From the NCBI GenBank assembly GCA_001897305.1, contig MKSO01000001.1, positions 360,001 to 392,000 of the forward strand: a DNA stretch of 32,000 nucleotides, in the 5' to 3' direction. This stretch comes from Candidatus Saccharimonadota bacterium. GTDB lineage: Bacteria > Patescibacteriota > Saccharimonadia > Saccharimonadales > Saccharimonadaceae. Positions 1-6,949 of this stretch are shown piece after piece. The notes under the pieces were generated by a model that saw only the letters and a program-made list of their open reading frames with translations, had not been told where the DNA came from and made no database searches. The position numbers and the translations under genes were made by a program. Numbering within the stretch: position 1 is the stretch's first letter; every line of letters starts with the position of its first letter.

Positions 1-1549
1 CTAGCCACCACCAATCGTTAAAGCCGAAATTATGATAATTGTCGGCAGGCGTTGCGCCAGACCATGGTCGGCTGTGGAACCAGGTGTCGTTTACCCATGT
101 ACCACCTGGGCAGTACGTGCCGTACCACATATAGTGACCCCAAGTATTTTGCCGCCACGACTTCGATAGACCGCTTGGCCAGGTTGGAGTAGCTGGCGTA
201 TTAATACCACAAACACTTGATGACGTACCACTTGTAAGCTCGGTACTATACGAACTGGCGTAGGTACAGGCTGCCTTTGCTTGGAAAGTGTGCTGGTAGC
301 CTTCGTAAGCAGTAACTGCATATGACCGGTTAGAACTACTCCAACTTGTCCAACTCGTCCAGTTATCGCCATCGCCACTGTTCGACTTGTGGGTTTCACG
401 TAAGCTATACACAGGCGTACCACCCTGGCTACATGTAACTGTGCCACTTATGCCCGTGGCGGTTGCGCCACTTACAGCGGAGCTGATGCTAGGAGCGGAG
501 TCTGGTTGCGGTACATATGAAGTGTACGTAACGGTATTGGACCAAGCCCCATTATAGGTAGTGCTGCCATTTGAGATAGTGGCCCGGACGCGGTAATAGC
601 GCGCATTGCCAATAGGCGTGTCGCTGTAGGTTTTACTATTGGCGGACACACTATCGGTTTGGGCACTTGTAAAGCTGGTATTGTCGGCCCGTTGAATAGT
701 ATACGTTGTTACGCCGCTGGTGCTGCCCCAGCTCTCGGTAACAGTAACCGGGTTAACTTGGGCGTTGGCAAGTGTTGGTGTTGGGAGTGTATTTGTTGCC
801 TTATTGGCAATATTCGACCACAACGAACTATTATTTACAGTCGCATTTGCTTGCACGCGGTAGTAATACGTAGTGTTGGGGGCTAAGTCGGTAAATTGGT
901 ACGAAGACACCGCCGGCCCTACACTCACCTGCTTTAAGTTGCCCGTACTGAAGGTATTTGAGGTATCACGTTGAATTGTATAGCCGGTGGCATTCTGCAG
1001 CTGATTCCAGCTAATCGAACCCGAGGTATAAGTAACGCTGCCGGCTGTAACGGTAACTGTTCCAGAGGTGTTAATGTCTACCGTGCGCTTGCTGCTGATG
1101 GTTTTAACAGTACCATCGCTTTCATCGATATACTTGATGGTAAATTGCAAACACGAGACAGTATTACATGAGTCACTACCGTCGCCAACATAGGCGAAGT
1201 AATCGCCGCTAGTAGCCGAGGCCAAGTCGGCGCAGCTAATAGAGTTAGTCGTGCTACTCCCCGCTTTCGGAGCAATCAGGGCGTCGCTATCAATACCCGC
1301 TAAAGCACCACTTTGGCTGCGAACAGTTGAAGCTGGCGCGGTAAGCTGGGCACAGCTGGGATATTCGCTGTTGTGGTCGTAGTACTTCTCAAGACTATCC
1401 GCAATAGTCGTCGCGTCCACAGTACGCTGAGCATCACGGCCATCGGCTTGGAACTTATTAATACCGAAAGCCGCAATTGTTACCAATATAACAATCACCA
1501 CAATGACAACAATCACCTCAACCAGTGTGAACCCTTTTTCCCAACCCAT
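1..1549 (-). CDS. Type IV pilin-like protein (prepilin N-terminus, two fibronectin-III-like repeats, Trp/Cys-rich C-terminal region). The 3' end runs off the left edge of the window. It is absent from the ORF track because no stop codon is reached.
   Basis: I reverse-complemented and translated every 60-nt line from the ATG at 1549-1547. This gives MGWEKG/FTLVEVIVVIVVIVILVTIAAFG..., i.e. a G-F prepilin cleavage/methylation motif, Glu at +5 and a hydrophobic helix. 516 codons are open down to position 2 with no stop. Repeat signatures are SWNQLQNATGYTIQR...TTYYYRVQA and SWGSTSGVTTYTIQR...ARYYRVRA. Confidence 0.8.
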   Translation of the reverse strand, partial: MGWEKGFTLVEVIVVIVVIVILVTIAAFGINKFQADGRDAQRTVDATTIADSLEKYYDHNSEYPSCAQLTAPASTVRSQSGALAGIDSDALIAPKAGSSTTNSISCADLASATSGDYFAYVGDGSDSCNTVSCLQFTIKYIDESDGTVKTISSKRTVDINTSGTVTVTAGSVTYTSGSISWNQLQNATGYTIQRDTSNTFSTGNLKQVSVGPAVSSYQFTDLAPNTTYYYRVQANATVNNSSLWSNIANKATNTLPTPTLANAQVNPVTVTESWGSTSGVTTYTIQRADNTSFTSAQTDSVSANSKTYSDTPIGNARYYRVRATISNGSTTYNGAWSNTVTYTSYVPQPDSAPSISSAVSGATATGISGTVTCSQGGTPVYSLRETHKSNSGDGDNWTSWTSWSSSNRSYAVTAYEGYQHTFQAKAACTYASSYSTELTSGTSSSVCGINTPATPTWPSGLSKSWRQNTWGHYMWYGTYCPGGTWVNDTWFHSRPWSGATPADNYHNFGFNDWWWL

Positions 1550-1691
1550 TGTGCTTATAATTGTAGTGCTGGCATAAGCGCAAAGCAATATACCATTTGT
1601 GATAATTATCACCTTATTACTGTATAAACAGCCCGGCAGTTGAATTTACACCCGTGAATGCTATAATGGCATCTGTTACACACCACAGTAT

Positions 1692-1765
1692 TGGGGATTG
1701 GCCAAGTGGTAAGGCACCGGGTTCTGGTCCCGTGATCGGGGGTTCGAATCCCTCATCCCCAGCCA
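1692..1765 (+). tRNA. tRNA-Gln (anticodon CTG), with encoded CCA
   Basis: Acceptor arms tggggat/atcccca, D-arm gcc-aagtggtaa-ggc, anticodon loop ttCTGgt (CTG at 1724-1726), T-arm ggggg-ttcgaat-ccctc, discriminator g plus cca. It closely resembles the canonical bacterial tRNA-Gln layout. There is one C:T mismatch at the top of the anticodon stem. Confidence 0.9.
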
Positions 1766-1802
1766 CGAAAAAAGCAGGATTTTATTCCTGCTTTTTTCGT
1801 GG
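1763..1802. terminator. Long perfect hairpin directly after the tRNA; likely a bidirectional intrinsic terminator
   Basis: ccacgaaaaaagcagga (1763-1779) and tcctgcttttttcgtgg (1786-1802) form a 17-bp perfect inverted repeat with loop ttttat. The A-run/T-run arrangement works on both strands. Confidence 0.6.
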
Positions 1803-1936
1803 CTAAGCGTGCTGGGTTTGCACATACCGTCACGGGCCCGTGATTGGGCGAAAACTGCCAGTGGCAGTTTGAGAGCGAGTGCCGGCAAAGCTTGAGCTTT
1901 GACCGCGAACGACGCCGGGCGAATCCCTCATCCCAA
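1803..1936 (+). pseudogene. Degenerate, interrupted second copy of the tRNA-Gln gene (tRNA remnant)
   Basis: The exact 15-mer cgaatccctcatccc occurs at 1745-1759 (T-arm/acceptor of the real tRNA) and again at 1920-1934. cccgtgatcggg (1729-1740) is matched by cccgtgattggg (1837-1848). In the copy the two blocks are about 70 nt apart instead of 4 nt. No cloverleaf can be folded. Confidence 0.35.
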
Positions 1937-1976
1937 ACAGATGCGATAGTTTAAAATGAGGCCCGTATGGGTCTCA

Positions 1977-2789
1977 TTATTTTTTAATACTGAGCTTTCC
2001 CGCTTCCCAAGCTTCTCGTAAGGTAACCGCAAGGTCAAGTTTTTTGATCTCATCAAGCTCTTCAGTATTTGAGGCACTTTTCGCCCATCGCTCGAGATTA
2101 TCTTCGAGTTCAAGGGTGGCTATCTTGCTATGCTCAATAATCATTGGAAGGATTTTTTCTGCTGACTGCTCGCCTGGTAATACATAGTACAGTATATTCT
2201 TTCGTATGATTAAGTCGGCCTTCCCCGGTGCATCTTTTAATACATCGAGAAGTTCAGGGGACATAATCTGGAGAGCTTGAAGGTGCTTTCCTCGCTCGGC
2301 ATAAAGGTTTTGCTTATCGTCAAAGTTTAATTCACTTGGAATGAACTGCTTATTGTGTACCTGCCGCTGATGATATCGCGATAGCAAGGAGTTATTCTGC
2401 TGGTTCCTAATAATAAACGTTGGCGAATAGTGCTGTAGTTTGGTGGCATACAGGCTTAGGATGGCGGCATTGCGCTCTTCGGATAGCGTAATTGTAGGTA
2501 TGTTTCTATATGTGGGCTGAATAAATATCCAAGAATCGTTAACGATAATTTCGCGAAAACGCTGTATTGTTTGGTGAAGACCACCTTGAATAATTGCTTC
2601 TATGTCTTGTGGAATCGGGAAAGATCTGAAGATCTTGATATCCTCACCCAATAATGATCGAAGTAGTTTGTCCCGTTTTTGTATTGTAGCCTCGGATTTT
2701 CTTACCAACCAAAAGATGCCAAGTAGGGGTACGCCTATCAAGAAAAATAACATGACCACTACTGCAATAATTTGACCTACTATATCCAT
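1977..2789 (-). CDS. Hypothetical protein with an N-terminal transmembrane anchor
   Basis: 270-aa ORF. The N-terminus IIAVVVMLFFLIGVPLLGIFWLV is a TM helix. I recognise no motif. TGcTAAAAT lies 8 nt upstream of the ATG. Confidence 0.6.
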   Translation of the reverse strand: MDIVGQIIAVVVMLFFLIGVPLLGIFWLVRKSEATIQKRDKLLRSLLGEDIKIFRSFPIPQDIEAIIQGGLHQTIQRFREIIVNDSWIFIQPTYRNIPTITLSEERNAAILSLYATKLQHYSPTFIIRNQQNNSLLSRYHQRQVHNKQFIPSELNFDDKQNLYAERGKHLQALQIMSPELLDVLKDAPGKADLIIRKNILYYVLPGEQSAEKILPMIIEHSKIATLELEDNLERWAKSASNTEELDEIKKLDLAVTLREAWEAGKLSIKK

Positions 2790-2797
2790 TGTTCATC

Positions 2798-2806
2798 ATT
2801 TTAGCA
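2798..2806 (-). promoter_or_regulatory. Extended -10 element (TGcTAAAAT) 8 nt upstream of the ATG at 2789
   Basis: The reverse complement of 2790-2806 reads tgctaaaat-gatgaaca and is followed by ATG. Confidence 0.4.
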
Positions 2807-2950
2807 GTTTGAAATCCGGAAAGTAACTTTTATCTACAAATGGGATTCCTCGCTAAAGAGGAGGATGTTGCCGTGACTATTACCGAAGTACATACGCTAC
2901 CCCACCCAAGAAGCTTATATTCAAAGCAGACTCATCGTAAAGTCTGTTTT

Positions 2951-2959
2951 TGATATGAT
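2951..2959 (+). promoter_or_regulatory. Extended -10 (TGaTATGAT) exactly 6 nt before the ATG at 2966
   Basis: tgatatgat-aagtct-ATG, read directly from the sequence. Confidence 0.45.
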
Positions 2960-2965
2960 AAGTCT

Positions 2966-3349
2966 ATGGTTCTCGCAGACATAATTTGGCCGGCACTTTT
3001 TGTTCTAACAATTAGTCTTTTTGGTGTCGTCAAATTGTGGCCAGACGGTGGCTTTTCAAAGACCTTTAGCCAGCATGTCGCTGACAGGCGATCGAGTGTT
3101 TTATATTACATCTTAGTCTTTACGGTTTTTTTGCCTATGCTGGCGATATTTTTCTACGGGTGGTTTATTCCGTACTATCAACTGCCTTTTATATATTCGC
3201 TCACTCTTGCTATTTCTCTTGTGGCGCAGTATCTATGTACATTCTTTCCAGAATCAGGTCGAAGGGTTTTGGTGCATCAGGGTCTTGCCTTGATTTCAGC
3301 AGCTGCATTACTTGTGTCGCAGTTGATTCTTGTGTTTGTGGGGGCTTAG
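2966..3349 (+). CDS. Multi-pass membrane protein of unknown family, possibly truncated (see finding on 2966-3509)
   Basis: 127-aa ORF with 3-4 hydrophobic helices. A further 52-codon hydrophobic ORF in another frame continues to 3509. Confidence 0.55.
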   Translation: MVLADIIWPALFVLTISLFGVVKLWPDGGFSKTFSQHVADRRSSVLYYILVFTVFLPMLAIFFYGWFIPYYQLPFIYSLTLAISLVAQYLCTFFPESGRRVLVHQGLALISAAALLVSQLILVFVGA

Positions 3350-3580
3350 CGAGATAGATAGGCTCGCGGTAATTGTACCCTCGTTAATAATGGTAGTGTT
3401 ACTAACAATATTAGTTACGACTAAGGCTCGGCATCCGAAAATCTTGCTTGTTCAAGTCGGTTATTTTGCTGCATACTTTGTTAGTATACTTGCTGTGATT
3501 TATATCTAGATTCTCTTGAAACACTTTCACTATCTCAGCCAAGTCTATTGCTCTAGAGCTTCTTAGAAACTTCTTTTGTT

Positions 3581-3589
3581 TGCTATACT
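3581..3589 (+). promoter_or_regulatory. Extended -10 (TGcTATACT) exactly 6 nt before the ATG at 3596
   Basis: tgctatact-ttcatt-ATG. Confidence 0.45.
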
Positions 3590-3595
3590 TTCATT

Positions 3596-3982
3596 ATGAA
3601 CAGTACATTTTTACTACCTCCCTTTTTAATAAGCCTTCTTCTCTTATTAATCCGTAGTATCGTTGGGGTTTCATTTTTCTTTTCGGCTCTAAATAAGGCT
3701 AAAAACCCAAGAAAATCAGCAAAGCGCAACGGCATTCCATTGCCCCTACTGCTTTTTGTTATGTGCGCTGAATTCGCCGGCGCCCTTGGCCTTGTCTCGG
3801 GAATTCTAGGGCAATTTGCAGCTCTTGGCTTAATGCTTTTGATGTTGGCTACTATGACGCTCCATGTATTTGTTTGGAAAAGCAAATACTGGGCGGGCGA
3901 AGGTGGCTGGGAATATGATTTAATGCTTTTCACTCTTTGTGCGGTTATTGCGGCATTTGGAGTTGGGAGTATAGCAATGTAG
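3596..3982 (+). CDS. DoxX family membrane protein
   Basis: 128 aa with four hydrophobic helices. The ...AEFAGALGLVSGILGQFAALGLMLLM... and ...GGWEYDLMLF... patterns are typical of DoxX. Confidence 0.75.
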   Translation: MNSTFLLPPFLISLLLLLIRSIVGVSFFFSALNKAKNPRKSAKRNGIPLPLLLFVMCAEFAGALGLVSGILGQFAALGLMLLMLATMTLHVFVWKSKYWAGEGGWEYDLMLFTLCAVIAAFGVGSIAM

Positions 3983-4054
3983 CGTTTCCATGGGACGCAT
4001 CCACTAACCCAGCCAAACATAAGAGCTTCAGAACTATTTCTGCGGCTCTTTTCT

Positions 4055-4063
4055 TGATACGAT
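4055..4063 (+). promoter_or_regulatory. Extended -10 (TGaTACGAT) exactly 6 nt before the ATG at 4070
   Basis: tgatacgat-gaatgc-ATG. Confidence 0.4.
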
Positions 4064-4069
4064 GAATGC

Positions 4070-4585
4070 ATGGATAATCCTTATGCAATTCTTGTGGTGA
4101 TTTTGGTAGCCGTTGTAGTTGTGGTAGCCATTAAAATCTCAAGTGGCAGCGAAAGACGAAAAGTACTTAAGAATAACAAGTACTCGTACTACGCAAAAGA
4201 TTCAATTATGACACGGGCTGAAACCGAATTCTTTAAGACGCTCTATTCGGCGGTTAATGAGCGCTACTTAGTTTTCCCTCAAGTCCACTTATCGGCTTTG
4301 CTTGACCATAGAATAAAGGGACAAGATTGGAGAATTGCCTTTCGTCATATCAATGGAAAGTCCGTCGACTTTGTGCTTTGTGATAAATTAACTTTGCGCC
4401 CAACCTATGCGCTTGAACTTGATGATTTTACGCATAACCAGCGCGACCGTGTTGAGCGTGATATTGAAGTGGAGAGAATTTTCAAGGAGGCTCGCTTGCC
4501 TTTAATTCGATTCAAGAATGCCGATGCTACAAGTGATGAAATTATTCAGGCGCTGATAAGTGCGAAGAAAATGACTGACGCGTAG
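4070..4585 (+). CDS. DUF2726 (restriction-endonuclease-like fold) domain protein with an N-terminal TM anchor
   Basis: The pattern TRAETEFFKTL...YLVFPQVHLSALL...GKSVDFVLCD...PTYALELDDFTHNQRDRVERDIEVERIFKEARLPLIRF matches the DUF2726 signature (E..F, DFvl, ELDD.sH, R..rD, lpl.RF). Confidence 0.7.
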   Translation: MDNPYAILVVILVAVVVVVAIKISSGSERRKVLKNNKYSYYAKDSIMTRAETEFFKTLYSAVNERYLVFPQVHLSALLDHRIKGQDWRIAFRHINGKSVDFVLCDKLTLRPTYALELDDFTHNQRDRVERDIEVERIFKEARLPLIRFKNADATSDEIIQALISAKKMTDA

Positions 4586-4669
4586 TTCATTTCATTTGTT
4601 GTATCGTATAAATAACTAGATTAAAAGTCCGCAATTAGTGGTCTGCTCTGCCTCAAAAACTGGGTACTA

Positions 4670-4675
4670 TATAAT
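4670..4675 (+). promoter_or_regulatory. Consensus -10 (TATAAT) exactly 6 nt before the ATG at 4682
   Basis: tataat-agatat-ATG. Confidence 0.45.
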
Positions 4676-4681
4676 AGATAT

Positions 4682-6067
4682 ATGGATCAACGCTCGTTCG
4701 TGTTTGTGGACATAGAGACTGACGGAGGGACTGGTAATCGGGGCCGGATTACTGAAGTTGCCGCTATTAAGGTGGTTAATGGTGAAATTGTTGACGAATT
4801 TCAATCTCTCGTTAACCCTGGCCACCCCATTCCCTTTTGGATTACGAAACTGACGGGCATTACGAATAACGATTTAGTGCATGCCCCATTTTTCGAAGAT
4901 ATTGCGAGCCAGCTTTTTGAATTTATGAGCGGAAGCATCTTCGTAGCGCATAATGTACTCTTTGACTTCTCTTTTTTGAAACGTGAGTTTAAAGAATACG
5001 GGGTAAACTTTGCACCAAAACTTTTTTGTACAGTTAAAATGTCACGGGCGCTCTTCCCGGAGCATAAAGGGCATAGCCTGCAAAAAATTATTGAAAGGCA
5101 TAACCTGTCACCCTCTGCTCGTCACCGCGCCTTTGAAGATGCGCGTATGTTAGTTGAATACGTAAAACTGACAATTGCCCAAAAAGGCACTGATGCCTTT
5201 GAGGCTAATGTAGCGCTTCAAACCAAAACAAAAAACTTGCCGCCAAATGTCGATGAGCAAACAATCCTTCAATTGCCCGAGTCGGCTGGTGTATATATTT
5301 TTCACAGCGACGAAGGGCTACCGCTGTATGTAGGAAAGAGCGTTAATATTAGATCTCGTGTTCGCTCTCATTTTCAAAATGCAACAACCGTAGCGAAAGA
5401 AATGAAGATGTCGCTTTCAACGCATAATGTTACCTATATTTCCACTGAAACTGAAATTGAGGCACTCTTGCTGGAATCTGCCAAGGTAAAAGAATTGCAG
5501 CCATTATATAACCGACTTTTGCGTCGGAAAACGTCGCAGCATATTCTTGTGAAATCTGTTAACCAGGATGGTTATATAGCCTTCACAATTGAAAGCCATG
5601 ATTTATCGAACTACGATAATTTGGAGGGTGTCTACGGAGTATTTACTACCAAACAGCAAGCGAAATTGAAAATTGAGGAGATTGCCCGCGCTTATCAACT
5701 GTGCCCTAAGCTTTTAGGCCTCGAAAAATCACAGGGCGCCTGTTTTCGCTATCAATTAGGGTTATGTAAAGGCGCCTGTATTCACAAAGAGCAGCCAAGC
5801 CAGTACAATGCTCGCGTTGAATTTGCACTTGAGCACACAAAAATAGAAACCTGGCCATTTAAATCTAAAATTTCCATAGCCATAAGTGCAGTTCGTTCAC
5901 TAGTTATTGATCAGTGGATCCCGCAAGCAATCTTTGATAGCGAGACCGAGACGTTTACAAGCCTTGAAGGAAGTTTCGATATTGATACTTACAAAATTGT
6001 TCGCTCCTATGTAAGAGCGCATCGTTCTTCCGTTGTACTATTCAGCAGAAGTATTGAACAAATTTAA
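4682..6067 (+). CDS. DnaQ/epsilon-like 3'-5' exonuclease fused to a GIY-YIG (UvrC/Cho-like) nuclease domain
   Basis: Exo I is FVFVDIETDG, Exo II is AHNVLFDFSFL, and Exo III-epsilon is HRAFEDA. These are followed by GIY-YIG GVYIFHS...PLYVGKSVNIRSRVRSH and E in ALLLESAKVKELQPLYN. Confidence 0.85.
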   Translation: MDQRSFVFVDIETDGGTGNRGRITEVAAIKVVNGEIVDEFQSLVNPGHPIPFWITKLTGITNNDLVHAPFFEDIASQLFEFMSGSIFVAHNVLFDFSFLKREFKEYGVNFAPKLFCTVKMSRALFPEHKGHSLQKIIERHNLSPSARHRAFEDARMLVEYVKLTIAQKGTDAFEANVALQTKTKNLPPNVDEQTILQLPESAGVYIFHSDEGLPLYVGKSVNIRSRVRSHFQNATTVAKEMKMSLSTHNVTYISTETEIEALLLESAKVKELQPLYNRLLRRKTSQHILVKSVNQDGYIAFTIESHDLSNYDNLEGVYGVFTTKQQAKLKIEEIARAYQLCPKLLGLEKSQGACFRYQLGLCKGACIHKEQPSQYNARVEFALEHTKIETWPFKSKISIAISAVRSLVIDQWIPQAIFDSETETFTSLEGSFDIDTYKIVRSYVRAHRSSVVLFSRSIEQI

Positions 6068-6097
6068 GCAATCTATGCTCTAGACACTATCTCTTTT

Positions 6098-6106
6098 TGG
6101 TATACT
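6098..6106 (+). promoter_or_regulatory. Extended -10 (TGgTATACT) about 30 nt upstream of the ABC operon start
   Basis: tggtatact at 6098-6106, ATG at 6137. This one would give a leadered transcript. Confidence 0.35.
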
Positions 6107-6136
6107 AACCATAAGAATATTAAGTGTAGAGCAAAC

Positions 6137-6949
6137 ATGCCTCAAGTTTCTAGCGAACGAATTAAAGATTTTGTGACATTATTCGGTGGTGATATAACCG
6201 CGGCCCATGCTGCATTGGATCAGTATCAAAAAGAAACGCTCGCCCCTTCTCTCGTCTCTCATGCTTCCCCGCCACCAGGAGAAACTATAATCTCTGTTCA
6301 AAATATCTCTAAAAAATATAAGCTTGGCAAGCAGACAGTTACTGCTCTGCATGACGTTACGTTCTCAATTGGCAAGGGTGAGTTTGTGGCTATTACTGGC
6401 GCGAGCGGCAGTGGAAAAAGTACGTTACTTCAAATTGTAGGCTGCCTCGACAAACCGACGACAGGAAAAGTAATTGTAGAATCAAAGGAGACGACAAACC
6501 TTAGCGACAATGCTCTAAGCGAGTTGCGCCAAAAGGCAATCGGCTTTATATTTCAATCATTTTACCTACAGCCGTTCCTTCGTCTCGATGATAATCTTGC
6601 TGTGCCCGCTATGTTTACTACTGAAAAGAAAAAGGTAACCGACGCAAAGGTTGAGCAACTCTTGCAACGAGTTGGGTTATTAGAACGCGCTCGGCACTTT
6701 CCAAATGAACTTTCTGGTGGCCAGATTCAGAGGGCTGCGATTGCTCGTGCACTTATAAATAATCCGCGTATTATTCTGGCCGATGAGCCAACGGGAAATC
6801 TCGATTCGACAAATAGTCAATCAATTATTGATTTGTTTCGCGCTATTCGCGATACGCTAGGAACGACTATTATCGTCGTGACGCACGATGCAGCTATTGC
6901 GCGACAGGCCGACCGTGTTATTGAGCTTAGAGACGGGGCTGTGGTATGA
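6137..6949 (+). CDS. ABC transporter ATP-binding protein (MacB/LolD/FtsE-like), with an N-terminal extension of about 50 aa
   Basis: Walker A GASGSGKST, Q-loop, signature LSGGQIQR, Walker B ILADEPTGNLD, H-loop VTHD. The stop overlaps the next gene's start (ATGA at 6946-6949). Confidence 0.9.
   Translation: MPQVSSERIKDFVTLFGGDITAAHAALDQYQKETLAPSLVSHASPPPGETIISVQNISKKYKLGKQTVTALHDVTFSIGKGEFVAITGASGSGKSTLLQIVGCLDKPTTGKVIVESKETTNLSDNALSELRQKAIGFIFQSFYLQPFLRLDDNLAVPAMFTTEKKKVTDAKVEQLLQRVGLLERARHFPNELSGGQIQRAAIARALINNPRIILADEPTGNLDSTNSQSIIDLFRAIRDTLGTTIIVVTHDAAIARQADRVIELRDGAVV

Noticed and set aside
3160-3357. 65-aa alternative-frame ORF inside the 2966-3349 membrane-protein gene
   Set aside because: It is a same-strand overlapping frame with a Cys/Ser-rich product. 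The hydrophobic-helix frame is the more credible coding frame.
3583-4071. 162-aa ORF on the minus strand, antisense to the DoxX gene
   Set aside because: It fully overlaps a gene with a recognisable family signature and promoter. Its product is Arg/Ser/Pro-rich with low complexity, which is typical of a shadow ORF.
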